Below are positions 10,795 to 20,050 of a stretch of 64,000 nt of DNA, piece after piece; the first letter of the stretch is position 1; every line of letters starts with the position of its first letter. The DNA is from Spirochaetia bacterium (lineage in GTDB: Bacteria > Spirochaetota > Spirochaetia > UBA9216), in contig CAXXYH010000004.1 of the NCBI GenBank assembly GCA_963677925.2, positions 2,336,001 through 2,400,000 on the forward strand, in the 5' to 3' direction. A program made the position numbers and the translations under genes. The notes under the pieces were generated by a model that was not told where the DNA came from, did not search any database, and saw only the letters and a list, made by a program, of their open reading frames with translations.

Positions 10795-10826
10795 AAAGAA
10801 TGGAAGGGGGCGCGAGCCCCTCCCCG
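10795..10826 (-). terminator. GC-rich hairpin after the second flagellin (terminator or 3' stabiliser)
   Basis: Minus strand GGGGAGGGGC-TCGC-GCCCCCTTCC followed by ATTCTTT, a weak U-tract. Confidence 0.55.
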
Positions 10827-10881
10827 TAAAATCAGTAAAAAGATAACGTCCAGAAATCTTTTTACAAGAGACAGAATCAAT

Positions 10882-11733
10882 CTATAGTAACTGAAGCACT
10901 GACTGGGGTGAAGTGTTTGCCTGAGCAAGCACTGCCGTGCTGGACTGTGTAAGGATCTGGTTTTTAACATAATCAACCATCTCACTGGCCATATCCACAT
11001 CACGTATTGATGATTCCGCTGCCTGAAGGTTTTCTGCTGCAATTGCAACACCCTTCGATGCAGTTTCGAACCTGTTCTGGTATGCACCAAGATCGGCTCT
11101 CTGTTTTGAAACCTGTTTGAGTGCGCTGTCGACAAGTCCGATTGCCATGTTGGCATCTTCCGGAGTCTGGATTGTGATAGTTCCCTCTCCACCCTGGATA
11201 TTTTCAATACCAAGAGCAGCAGCTGTCATAGTTCCAATATAGATTTTTTCATTCTGGTCCATATTGGCCCCAACCTGGAACTGCATAATCTGACCTGTAG
11301 CAGAATCAGTTGCAAATGCGCCTGTAAGCATGTTCATGCCGTTGAACTGCGCGTGTGAAGCAATTCTGTTAATCTCATCAACCAGCTGAGAAACCTCTAC
11401 CTGAATCTGCATTCTGTCTTCTTCAGTATAGATTCCGTTAGCTGACTGAACAGAAAGTTCTCTCAGTCTGTGAAGAATGTCCTGTGTATTAGCAAGATAT
11501 CCTTCTGTTGCCTGAATGAATGAAACACCGTTTTCAATGTTTCTGTTCGCCTGAGTTAACCCGCGAATCTGACTTCTGAGCTTTTCTGAAACAGCAAGCC
11601 CTGAAGCGTCATCGCCTCCTTTGTTGATTCGCATACCGGAACTGAGTTTTTCAAGATTTCCAGTCATCTCAACAGCCTTATTATTAAGCTGTCTGCTGGC
11701 ATAACTTGCACTCAAGTTGTGATTAATTATCAT
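10882..11733 (-). CDS. flaB: Flagellin (FlaB-type core protein), copy 2
   Basis: MIINHNLSA...LSSGMRIN...[11 protein letters not shown]...[10 protein letters not shown]...SVLQLL. Confidence 0.96.
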   Translation of the reverse strand: MIINHNLSASYASRQLNNKAVEMTGNLEKLSSGMRINKGGDDASGLAVSEKLRSQIRGLTQANRNIENGVSFIQATEGYLANTQDILHRLRELSVQSANGIYTEEDRMQIQVEVSQLVDEINRIASHAQFNGMNMLTGAFATDSATGQIMQFQVGANMDQNEKIYIGTMTAAALGIENIQGGEGTITIQTPEDANMAIGLVDSALKQVSKQRADLGAYQNRFETASKGVAIAAENLQAAESSIRDVDMASEMVDYVKNQILTQSSTAVLAQANTSPQSVLQLL

Positions 11734-11755
11734 ATAACCCTCCTTGATAGGTTAA

Positions 11756-11774
11756 GAAGGCATCCCTTGCCTTC
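11756..11774 (-). promoter_or_regulatory. CsrA-binding hairpin in the flagellin-2 leader
   Basis: Minus strand GAAGGCA-AGGGA-TGCCTTC (GGA in the loop), with a second GGA in the RBS (CAAGGAGG). Confidence 0.75.
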
Positions 11775-11781
11775 ATTTTTT

Positions 11782-11897
11782 GCATGGCAGTGCAGTAAAC
11801 AAGAAGTTACTCGCGCTTCTCCCGTTCAGTATACCTGCACAACAAGGAGAAATTCCGACCGTTTGTATGACCGGAAAATCTCCTTCATCCACCATGC
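11782..11897 (-). ncRNA. Candidate structured RNA (three-way junction) between the two flagellin genes
   Basis: Three helices pair by eye, with several G-U pairs that work only on the minus strand (see findings). Confidence 0.45.
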
Positions 11898-11947
11898 TAG
11901 AGGGTTTTTTTCAAAGAACGTAAACTCTACGTAAAAATTATAGCCCT

Positions 11948-12808
11948 TTATCCAAGCAATTGCAATACAGATTGTGTTTTCATGTTAGCCTGAGCGAGCA
12001 TAGCAGTTCCAGCCTGAACAAGAATCTGATTCTTGGTGTAGCTGACCATCTGTTCAGCCATATCAGCATCTCGAATTCTTGATTCTGCAGCCTGGAGGTT
12101 CTCAGCTCCGATGTCGAGGCCTGATACAGCGTATTCAAGTCTGTTCTGGTAAGCACCAAGGTCTGCTCTCTGCTTGTTAACAGTTTTAAGAGCCTTGTCG
12201 ATTACACCAATTGACATGTTAGCGCTTTCAGGAGTCTCAAGAGACATGATTTTGCCGCTTCCGATTTCTTTAACACCAAGTGATGTTGAAGTCATTGTAC
12301 CAATGAATACTCTTTCTCTCTGATCAATGTTTGCGCCGATATGGAACCACATTGAAGCAGTAACAGTGTTTTCACCGGTTTCCTGTGCAAAACGTCCAGT
12401 CAGCATATTCATACCGTTGAACTGTGCATGTGAAGCGATTCTGTCAATTTCATCAACAAGCTGTGAAACTTCTACCTGAATCTGCATTCTGTCTTCTTCA
12501 GTATAAATACCGTTTGCAGACTGTACTGAAAGTTCTCTGACTCTCTGAAGTACATTCTGAGTTGACTGCAGATATCCTTCAGTAGCCTGAATAAAAGATA
12601 TGCCGTTTGCAGCATTGTCAGAAGCCTGATTAAGCCCTCTAATCTGTGAGCGCATCTTTTCTGATACCGCAAGACCTGAAGCATCATCGCCGGCTCTGTT
12701 GATTCTAAGACCGGAAGAAAGTTTCTCCATGTCCTTTGTTGTAGCAAGGTTTGACTGTCCAAGAGACCTGTTTGCAAACATTGCGCTGAGGTTGTGATTA
12801 ATAACCAT
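11948..12808 (-). CDS. flaB: Flagellin (FlaB-type core protein), copy 1
   Basis: MVINHNLSA starts at 12808 after [21 protein letters not shown]; the spirochaete-type segment [15 protein letters not shown]...MWFHIGAN. Confidence 0.97.
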   Translation of the reverse strand: MVINHNLSAMFANRSLGQSNLATTKDMEKLSSGLRINRAGDDASGLAVSEKMRSQIRGLNQASDNAANGISFIQATEGYLQSTQNVLQRVRELSVQSANGIYTEEDRMQIQVEVSQLVDEIDRIASHAQFNGMNMLTGRFAQETGENTVTASMWFHIGANIDQRERVFIGTMTSTSLGVKEIGSGKIMSLETPESANMSIGVIDKALKTVNKQRADLGAYQNRLEYAVSGLDIGAENLQAAESRIRDADMAEQMVSYTKNQILVQAGTAMLAQANMKTQSVLQLLG

Positions 12809-12831
12809 AAAATCCTCCATGAAATTATATA

Positions 12832-12845
12832 GGGCATCCTTGCCC
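12832..12845 (-). promoter_or_regulatory. CsrA-binding hairpin in the flagellin-1 leader
   Basis: Minus strand GGGCA-AGGA-TGCCC, with a second GGA in the RBS (ATGGAGGA). Confidence 0.8.
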
Positions 12846-12974
12846 AACTCTGCATACTGCAGAGCTATTAACCAAAAATAACTAAATCAGATTAAAAAAA
12901 GCCCGATAATCTGACTATGGGGGAGAATAGACAGGTTTACATGTCTGAAAAGTCTATTACTACCCTTACTTCTT

Positions 12975-13002
12975 TTTTCGACCATACCTATCTTAAACTT
13001 GA
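12975..13002 (-). promoter_or_regulatory. sigma28 (FliA)-type promoter of the flagellin operon
   Basis: TCAAGTTT-N12-GTCGAAAA versus the consensus TAAAGTTT-N11-GCCGATAA, with an A/T-rich tract upstream. Confidence 0.65.
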
Positions 13003-13094
13003 AACTAAATATTAAAAAAATAATAAAAAAAATCGAAAAAAAAGGGAGAAAAGAGAAGGGGATTCAGTTGTAAAGTAGAATTGTTTAGTGAGTT

Positions 13095-14189
13095 TTATAA
13101 ACGTTTAAGGTAATCGGCTGCAATCCGGTCTTCGGGTGCAAGTTCAAGTACTTTTCTGAAGTATTTCTCTGCATTAAGATTATCTTCGCTTTTATAGGAA
13201 ACAATACCAAGATTTGAAAGAATTTTAATATTTTCCGGTTCCATTTTAAGTGCAGTAAGAAGGTGATTCCTGCTGGAATCGAGTTCTCCGGTTTCCATTA
13301 GACAGATAGCCAGTTCGTTGTAGGTATCTACCTGATTAGATCCGTAAGATATAGCCTTATTGAAAGCTTCGATTCCTTCTTTATATAAAGACTGTCTTCT
13401 GTATGCCCATCCAAGTAGAAACCACGCATTCCATACCTCAGGTTCGTGTTCAAGAAAATCTTTTATTAAAACAATTCCTTTATCTTCGTTTCCCATTCTG
13501 ATAGCATCGTAGGCTTCATAAAATAATGAATCAGAATTTTTTTTCTTTGATAGTTCTGAAACGATAGGTTTTATTTTTTCAATTTTCTCTTTATCAGAAG
13601 ATTTATCAATAAAAATATTCAGGTGTTCTAAAGCTTTTTCCAGGTTGTTTTTTTTCAGAAAAAACAACCCTGAGTTAAAATGGGCTTCGGTTGAATCAGG
13701 ATACAATGCCAGCAGTTTCTTGTATGCTTCAAATGCTTTTTCGTTGCAGATATCTGAAAGTTCCGCCTTTTCAAGCGCCAGGTACGAATCGGCCATTTCT
13801 TCATACAAAAGAGCAGTATTGAGAATTGTTGTAAAATCTCCAGGCAGGAGTCCTGAAAGTGAATTAAAGATTTCTTCGGCTATTGCATAATCTTTCTCTG
13901 TAGCCTTGGCTATCGCTGCCGAAGTCAGTTCATGTTTTATATCAGGTCTGACAGCCAGTATCAGCTTCCTGTAATACTCGCAGTCCTGATGTTCAGGGTT
14001 GTAGGCAAGTATTTTTAAAGCCGCAGCTATTATCATTTCCCAGCTTAGATTATTAATGTCAGAATAACCATTGTCGGGGTTTATTTCCACTGGGAGCAGA
14101 ACTGAAGGATCAATTTCTTTGATGTCGCCCCTGGTAATATCTTCGGGTAAAGAAATATATACTATATTCTTTAAAATATCTTCATTCAT
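13095..14189 (-). CDS. Tetratricopeptide repeat protein
   Basis: Multiple TPR signatures (AHFNSG, AWFLLGWAY, YNELAICL, LSNLG). Confidence 0.88.
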   Translation of the reverse strand: MNEDILKNIVYISLPEDITRGDIKEIDPSVLLPVEINPDNGYSDINNLSWEMIIAAALKILAYNPEHQDCEYYRKLILAVRPDIKHELTSAAIAKATEKDYAIAEEIFNSLSGLLPGDFTTILNTALLYEEMADSYLALEKAELSDICNEKAFEAYKKLLALYPDSTEAHFNSGLFFLKKNNLEKALEHLNIFIDKSSDKEKIEKIKPIVSELSKKKNSDSLFYEAYDAIRMGNEDKGIVLIKDFLEHEPEVWNAWFLLGWAYRRQSLYKEGIEAFNKAISYGSNQVDTYNELAICLMETGELDSSRNHLLTALKMEPENIKILSNLGIVSYKSEDNLNAEKYFRKVLELAPEDRIAADYLKRL

Positions 14190-14192
14190 AAG

Positions 14193-15020
14193 TTAACCCG
14201 ATACCGGAGGTGTTGCTCCGGGTTTAATTCCGGACAGATAGTCATTGATTAGAACTTTGTACTCTATAGGTATAAGTTTTTCTTCAAACTGAATTGCAAT
14301 GGAGGCTATATCCTTCCTGTCAGCTATCGGTTCGAATCGAACTACTTTACCTGGTATTTTCAGTATCAGATCATTCTCTTCGATATCGAGACGGATTAAT
14401 GCAACCTTATTAACAAGAAATTTTGCAATACCTGCAATAATAAGCTTAGTTCCCGAGAAGGATATGTCTCTAATGATAGCTTTTCTTGGAATATTGTCGA
14501 TTAGGACTATAACGCTTTTGGATTTTAATCCGATTTTACGGATTATATTGTCGTTTATCTGAATTCTTTCTTCTTTTCTTTTCTGAGAATTAAGATTTGT
14601 TTCAAGAAGTCTACCCAGCTTGGCAATGAGATCGTCAGGCGGCTGTTGGGTGTAGGCGAGGTTTATTAATGAAAGATCACTTTTTGCATCACCATACTTA
14701 CTGAATCCCGCAACTCTTGCTGATACAAAGAAAACGAGAGGGGCAGCTTTGTCAGGTACCTTAAAACTGAATTGAAGGGAAACAAAGTTATTTGCAGCTT
14801 TAATTTTTGCGTGAAAATCTTCTTTTATACTGGCAACAACTTTAGCGCCTTTCATGGAGCTTGAATATACAAAGCAAGGCCAATATTCGCCTTTACATTT
14901 TAGAAGATTATTACGCGGCATAAGGCCTGTTGCTCTTATGACGTCTTTATTGAATGCAACTTCAACATCACCAAACTGTTTAAAATAATTGGTAATCTGC
15001 TGTCCTGTAATTAGTGCCAT
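14193..15020 (-). CDS. plzA: PlzA-like c-di-GMP receptor (PilZN3 + PilZ)
   Basis: RKEER (RxxxR) and DISFSG (DxSxxG); N-terminal domain and size (275 aa) fit spirochaete PlzA. Confidence 0.8.
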   Translation of the reverse strand: MALITGQQITNYFKQFGDVEVAFNKDVIRATGLMPRNNLLKCKGEYWPCFVYSSSMKGAKVVASIKEDFHAKIKAANNFVSLQFSFKVPDKAAPLVFFVSARVAGFSKYGDAKSDLSLINLAYTQQPPDDLIAKLGRLLETNLNSQKRKEERIQINDNIIRKIGLKSKSVIVLIDNIPRKAIIRDISFSGTKLIIAGIAKFLVNKVALIRLDIEENDLILKIPGKVVRFEPIADRKDIASIAIQFEEKLIPIEYKVLINDYLSGIKPGATPPVSG

Positions 15021-15024
15021 AAAA

Positions 15025-15195
15025 AACCCCGCGATGCCGCTTGAGGAAAAATCTCTTGAACTCCAGGGTTCAAGTGGGTTTCCTTTTCAATGCATCCTGT
15101 TCGCCGATTGGAAAACAATTCAACACAGAAATATGGAATCCCGTTTCTGAGGTTTGTCCCAAGAGATTTACGCCCCGCCCGTACATCGCAGGGTA
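15025..15195 (-). ncRNA. ssrS: 6S RNA
   Basis: Closing stem CCCTGCGATG/CATCGCGGGG. The 3' part CACTTGAACCCTGGAGTTCAAG...GCGGCATC matches the E. coli 6S 3' region. It lies immediately downstream of zapA, as in E. coli. Confidence 0.9.
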
Positions 15196-15199
15196 AATC

Positions 15200-15496
15200 T
15201 TAGTTTAGACTTCTGTCGATCCTCTCCATTATCTGAAGCGTCAATCTCTCAACTTCGTCAAATTCCTTATTCTGGTCACCTCTGCACTTTTGTTTTTCTT
15301 TCAAAAGTTCATCAACTATAATGATACTAGAAATAATTGAATTTTTCAAAGGGTCTTTTATGCCCATTTCAGATTCAACTGCTTCAGTTTTTTTTCTGAG
15401 GTAATCCAGAATCTCTTCCATTTTACCGGTTTCTTCGTCTGTCTGAATGGCAAATGAAGTTCCCAGTAAATTAATACGGAAGAGACTCTTATCCAT
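15200..15496 (-). CDS. zapA: Cell division protein ZapA
   Basis: INLLGTSFAI...IIIVDEL pattern, 98 aa, directly upstream of 6S RNA. Confidence 0.85.
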   Translation of the reverse strand: MDKSLFRINLLGTSFAIQTDEETGKMEEILDYLRKKTEAVESEMGIKDPLKNSIISSIIIVDELLKEKQKCRGDQNKEFDEVERLTLQIMERIDRSLN

Positions 15497-15501
15497 AAGT
15501 T

Positions 15502-15942
15502 TTAGAAAATCTCCAGCTCTGGGGCTATAACATCTTCAGATGATAAACTTCCCGGGTTATCGGGAAGTTTAGGTTCGGCTTCAGGAACCACGGCAGGAAC
15601 AGCCTGTACTTCGGAATCAGTTTCCGTGTTTGCTGTTTTCATTTCATCTGAACTGTTCAAGCCTTCAGAAGAAACAGAGGAAGGAACCTGTGCGTTCTGT
15701 TCCGGGGTTGTTAACCTGTCTTCAAGAACGTCAAGCTGAGAAAGTACATCTTTAATACCTTCTTCTATCTCCCTCTGATCATTTTTAAACGATGAGATCA
15801 TCGATTCAAGTTTCTGTATATGTGCCTGATTTTCCTTGAGTCTGGTCCGCAGCAAGCCGTTCTCTTTTTTAAGAGATTCAATAACTTCGAGAGCCTTCCG
15901 AACTTTTCCGTCAAGGCTCCGAACCTGCTCAATTGTCAGCAT
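15502..15942 (-). CDS. zapB: ZapB-like coiled-coil protein with an acidic disordered tail
   Basis: LDGKVRKALEVIESLKKEN coiled coil; upstream of zapA. Confidence 0.7.
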   Translation of the reverse strand: MLTIEQVRSLDGKVRKALEVIESLKKENGLLRTRLKENQAHIQKLESMISSFKNDQREIEEGIKDVLSQLDVLEDRLTTPEQNAQVPSSVSSEGLNSSDEMKTANTETDSEVQAVPAVVPEAEPKLPDNPGSLSSEDVIAPELEIF

Positions 15943-15946
15943 TTAC

Positions 15947-16306
15947 TTATACTCCGGCAGCTTCTTTTGATTTTGAAACAAGAGCTGTGAATGCTGCAGG
16001 ATCTTCAATTGCCATATTGGAAAGGGCTTTTCTGTTAAGTTCAATCCCGGCTTTTGAAAGGCCATGCATGAAGGTTGAGTAGTTAATATCATTAGATTTA
16101 CATGCGGCTGAGATTCTGGTAATCCACAGTCGTCTGAAATCTCTCTTTTTCTTTTTTCTGTCTCTGTATGAGTAAAGCCCGGCTTTTGCTACTGCGTCTT
16201 TTGCGGCTCTGAAGTTTGTACTTCTTCGTCCCCAGTATCCTTTAGCCTGCTTAAGTATTTTCTTTCTTCGTTCGCTTCGTCTTGTACCGTCGACTGCTCT
16301 AGGCAT
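15947..16306 (-). CDS. rplT: 50S ribosomal protein L20
   Basis: AKGYWG, RRLWITRISAA and LNRKALSNMA motifs. Confidence 0.98.
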   Translation of the reverse strand: MPRAVDGTRRSERRKKILKQAKGYWGRRSTNFRAAKDAVAKAGLYSYRDRKKKKRDFRRLWITRISAACKSNDINYSTFMHGLSKAGIELNRKALSNMAIEDPAAFTALVSKSKEAAGV

Positions 16307-16329
16307 ATCTGTCTAACTCCTTTGATATC

Positions 16330-16527
16330 TTATCCGTAAGGTAATAGCTTTTTAGCTTTAGCTGTCTCCGCGGGACTTAACATACCGTTCTTGCGGAGTT
16401 TTCTTTTTCTTTTTGTGCTTTTCTTTGTGAGAATGTGCCTCAAGCCCTGTTTCTTATATTTCACCTTACCGGATGCGGTAAGAGAATATCTCTTTGCGGC
16501 AGATTTTCTTGTTTTCATTTTAGGCAT
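16330..16527 (-). CDS. rpmI: 50S ribosomal protein L35
   Basis: [13 protein letters not shown]...HILTKKS. Confidence 0.98.
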   Translation of the reverse strand: MPKMKTRKSAAKRYSLTASGKVKYKKQGLRHILTKKSTKRKRKLRKNGMLSPAETAKAKKLLPYG

Positions 16528-16544
16528 AATAACCCTCTTTAAAA

Positions 16545-17066
16545 TTAGTTCTTAGAATTTTTCGGACTTAGTATCATAGACATAAACCTGCCTTCCATTT
16601 GAGGGGGTCTGTCAAGATTGAAGGAACCTTCTATAGCTGCCATGACTTTTTCAAGAACAACTTTACCAAGTTCCGTATGTGCAAGTTCCCGTCCACGGAA
16701 CCTAACAGTCACTTTTACTTTATTGCCTTCTTCAAGGAACTCTTTTACATGCTTGGCTTTAAACTCAAGATCATGCTTCTCAATCTTCGGCTGCATTCGA
16801 ATTTCTTTCATCTTGACAAGTTTCTGTTTCTTCTTTGATTCTCTGAGCTTCTTTTCCTGCTCGAATCTGTACTTGCCGTAATCAAGAATTTTGCAAACAG
16901 GAGGACTTGCCTGCGGAGCAACCTCTACAAGGTCGAGACCTGCCTCTTTTGCCATGTTGAGAGCATCGGCGATAGCAATCACGCCATGCTGTTCACCGCT
17001 GTCATCAATAAGACGTACTTCTTTGACACGGATTTTTTCATTTAATCTAAGTTCTTTTGCAGCCAA
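16545..17066 (-). CDS. infC: Translation initiation factor IF-3
   Basis: [25 protein letters not shown] and RFRGRE motifs. TTG start at 17066 lies 5 nt after AAGGAG. Upstream promoter TTGACT-N17-TATATT. Confidence 0.97.
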   Translation of the reverse strand: MAAKELRLNEKIRVKEVRLIDDSGEQHGVIAIADALNMAKEAGLDLVEVAPQASPPVCKILDYGKYRFEQEKKLRESKKKQKLVKMKEIRMQPKIEKHDLEFKAKHVKEFLEEGNKVKVTVRFRGRELAHTELGKVVLEKVMAAIEGSFNLDRPPQMEGRFMSMILSPKNSKN

Positions 17067-17220
17067 CATTACTCCTTTTCCAAAAGGGCTAAAAAGATTT
17101 ATGTAATATATCATCACATAAAAAAAGAGTCAAATGGGTGTAACGTACTATAATTAAATAAATTATTTGAATCAATACCCAATTTTTTTGACATTGAAAA
17201 TTCTATTCATTAATATTGAA

Positions 17221-17562
17221 ATGAGGAGAGAAAAGCTGGAAGCTAAACTGATATTCAGACAATTACTAAGTGTAAACAGTATGATGCGCAGCAGGCTTAT
17301 GGGCTATATAATGAAGACAAATCTATATAGCCTGAAAAATCTTATGTCTTACTGTATAGAAGTCAAATACAAACAGGCCGATGAGCTGAAGGAAATCTAC
17401 GATAAATTACCTGAAAACAGTGTTTACAGCAATTCTACCTCAATGCTTATTGAAAAACTTACATCGATGGAATTCCCAAATAATATTACAGATGAAGAAT
17501 CACTTAAAAAATTTACAGATATAATAGAATTTGAAGTGATTTGTATTCAGCCAGTTAAGTGA
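17221..17562 (+). CDS. Small hypothetical protein (start uncertain: 17221, 17299 or 17311)
   Basis: Open frame in an otherwise empty divergent gap; TTGACA-N17-TAATAT at about 17188-17216. Confidence 0.45.
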   Translation: MRREKLEAKLIFRQLLSVNSMMRSRLMGYIMKTNLYSLKNLMSYCIEVKYKQADELKEIYDKLPENSVYSNSTSMLIEKLTSMEFPNNITDEESLKKFTDIIEFEVICIQPVK

Positions 17563-17717
17563 ACAGACTGAGGATCAGGAGGTTAGTCATCAGTTAAACA
17601 GTTTCTCAAACTCGGCATTGAAATTAAAAAAATGGCTCCTGACCCAGTATGAATTAATGCAGCTTGTCTGAGAGTTTGCTTGATGTAATTCAAAGCCTGT
17701 GCTAATCTCAAATTAAT

Positions 17718-18365
17718 ATGACACTATTTCTGTTAACAGCCGTACCGGTCTATTTTATAATCATCGACAGCATGTCTCTTTCCGCACAAATTCCAGTTGC
17801 GGCTAAAATGCGAGACATCCTATATGGTGTATTTGTTTTTGCAGGTTCCGCGGTAATCTACAATATAATCAGAATGAGTTTTATTACTCAGAGTTTCAGT
17901 TACAGCGGTATATTCACTTATTTTCTTATACACGACCATCTGCTTCAGTTTGCTCTCGGGCTGGCTGGAAGTCTTCTTGTTTACGGAACTTCAACGACAG
18001 GTTCAGAATCAGAGCTCTTGAGCAGAAATTTGACGTTTTTTGCAGGCTTCTATCTTCTTTGGCCTGTAAATGATGTCATAATCAGCTACGGTTGGTATAA
18101 CACATACCTGCTTCTTCTGCTTCCGGTACAGAGACTTATTGTGATTTCAGCAGCTGCCTTCCTGATGACTTACTCCGTAAACTTTGAAGGCTGGAAGAAA
18201 GGATTAATTATTGCATCCACTCTGCTTCTACCGTTGTTAAATACATGTGCGGCTATGTTGTGGAGACTCTCTATGGATGTATTTTCTATAATTCTTACCA
18301 TTGTGCTTCTTATCAGCTCAACAGCTCTGTTTGTCATGAAATATAAAAAAAGGATTACTGCGTAA
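17718..18365 (+). CDS. Polytopic membrane protein, hypothetical
   Basis: About 7 hydrophobic segments in 215 aa. Confidence 0.75.
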   Translation: MTLFLLTAVPVYFIIIDSMSLSAQIPVAAKMRDILYGVFVFAGSAVIYNIIRMSFITQSFSYSGIFTYFLIHDHLLQFALGLAGSLLVYGTSTTGSESELLSRNLTFFAGFYLLWPVNDVIISYGWYNTYLLLLLPVQRLIVISAAAFLMTYSVNFEGWKKGLIIASTLLLPLLNTCAAMLWRLSMDVFSIILTIVLLISSTALFVMKYKKRITA

Positions 18366-18379
18366 TAGCAGTAATCCCT
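18345..18379 (-). terminator. Intrinsic terminator of lysC
   Basis: GGATTACTGC-N6-GCAGTAATCC followed by T7 on the minus strand. Confidence 0.8.
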
Positions 18380-18401
18380 GTAATTCCCGGTTAGCTGTAT
18401 T

Positions 18402-19740
18402 CTATCCGAAAAAACCTGCGTGAAGTTTACTTATGGCATCAGCTGTATGCTTTTCCGGAACTACTAGTGTCAGATTGATTCTTGATGCACCAAGAGAAAT
18501 CATTCTGATTGGAATTCCCTCAAGTGTTTGAAAAATTCTGGCTACAACGGCTGAATCCTTCCATAAATCTTCACCGACAAGACAAACAATACTCTTATCA
18601 GTCTCAACATTAACCCTGCCGAAAAGATTTAATTCTGCGGTTATTGCTTCCAGTTTGCTCTGATTCTCAATGGTCATTGAAACAGAGACTTCTGATGTTG
18701 TAACTATGTCGACTGAAGTCTTGTATTTTTCAAAAACCGCAAAAATTTTGGCAAGAAAAACCATAAGCGTTTACCATCCTGCCGGTTTTAATCTCGATAA
18801 GGGTTATGTTCTTTTTACCGGATATAGCTTTTAGACCGGTTTTTCCTGATGAAGGAGCAATAGTTGTGTAAATTCCGTCGGGATCATTTGTACTTTTTAC
18901 AAGAACCGGAATTTCACGGTCGACGGCAGGAACAATTGTTGATGGATGCACTACCTTTGCACCGAAGAATGCGAGCTCGGCTGCTTCATCATAACTGACC
19001 TGAGGAATTGTCTGTGCCTCGGGAACTATACGCGGATCGGTAGTCATTATACCGTTTACATCTGTCCATATCTGAACTTCTTCTGCATCAAGTGCCGCAC
19101 CGTATATTGTCGCCGAATAATCCGAACCGCCGCGCCCGAGAGTTGTTGTTGCTCCGTCAAGATTTGTAGCAATAAACCCCTGTGCGACATAAAGCTTTCC
19201 TGCCACCGCAGAAACCGCCCCGCGGATCAGTTCGCCGGTTTTATCCATATATGGCAGAGCAGAATTAAAGTTATCGTCTGTTTTTACAAGCTTTCGTGAA
19301 TCAAGAAGGGTTGTCTCAATTCCACGTTCCCTTGCCCTGGCTGCAATCAGGGTAGTAGCAAGCAGTTCGCCAAAGGATAGAATTGCATCTGTGCTTCTTG
19401 GACTGCATTCTCTTAAAAGAGCAAGGCCCTTCACAAGTGAAGATAGTTCAGTAAAAAGTTCTTCAACTCTCTCGGCTGCAAACCGCAGATTATCTCCGCT
19501 TAAAAAACTGTTAATTGCGAAGAAATGGCTGTTTTTAATTTCCTCGAGAATTGAGAATGCCAGTTCCTGATCTCCGGATACCGCAGCCTGTGAAATTGCT
19601 ACCAGTTTGTCGGTTGTTTTTCCCATTGCTGATGAAATCAGAAGCGGTGCCTTATCAAGCTGTTTTTCAGCAATATTAAGGGCTTTGTCGATCATTTCGG
19701 TGTTCTGAACTGAAGTTCCCCCGAATTTCATTACGATCAT
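18402..19740 (-). CDS. lysC: Lysine-sensitive aspartokinase (LysC), split by a one-base frameshift near 18756-18760
   Basis: KFGGTSV, TLGRGGSDYSA and WTDVNG in 18730-19740; ACT-domain remainder (VDIVTTSEVSVS, IRMISLGASRIN) in 18402-18764. Removing one T restores GFLAKIF and a 445-aa protein. Confidence 0.9.
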
Positions 19741-19807
19741 ATCGTTCTCCTTGTGTAATGAATATGACCCGAATCATTTAATAAAAGGAAGGTAGACTGG
19801 TTGGTCT

Positions 19808-19976
19808 GTCCAATAGCTCTCCACTTTTAAAGTGACAGTTCCCAAGGTATTAACCTCAGACCCCAGGGGTGAACAACAGGATGTCCATGCCCTTCGGCGG
19901 CGGCCCCTTTCAAATCTGCAGTATGAAATCCTGTTTTCTATGCAGCTTACTGATGACCAACCGCGCCTCTATTGAC
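19808..19976 (-). promoter_or_regulatory. Lysine riboswitch (L-box)
   Basis: Minus strand ATAGAGGCGCG...AGTA...GAAAGGGG..GCCGAAG...CTGGG...ACTGTC...GGAGAGCTAT, upstream of lysC. Confidence 0.93.
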
Positions 19977-20050
19977 CCGGAAAAAATTATAATCCCTTCT
20001 ATCACATCGCCGAATTTAAGTCAATAATCGGCCATGAAGCACTTTGTTAT

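Noticed and set aside
10782-11213. 143-aa alternative-frame ORF in flagellin 2 (and 12472-12855 in flagellin 1)
   Set aside because: Shadow frames of conserved flagellin codon usage, with no RBS or recognisable motif.
10882-12808. Near-identical DNA stretches in the two flagellins as a possible repeat or recombination cassette
   Set aside because: Explained by paralogy of conserved flagellin domains; no recombinase or flanking inverted repeats are present.
17575-17625. Minus-strand AAACTG...CTGATGACT resembling the 3' half of a fluoride riboswitch
   Set aside because: The 5' GGNGATGG..TCNCC element is missing and no suitable gene lies downstream.
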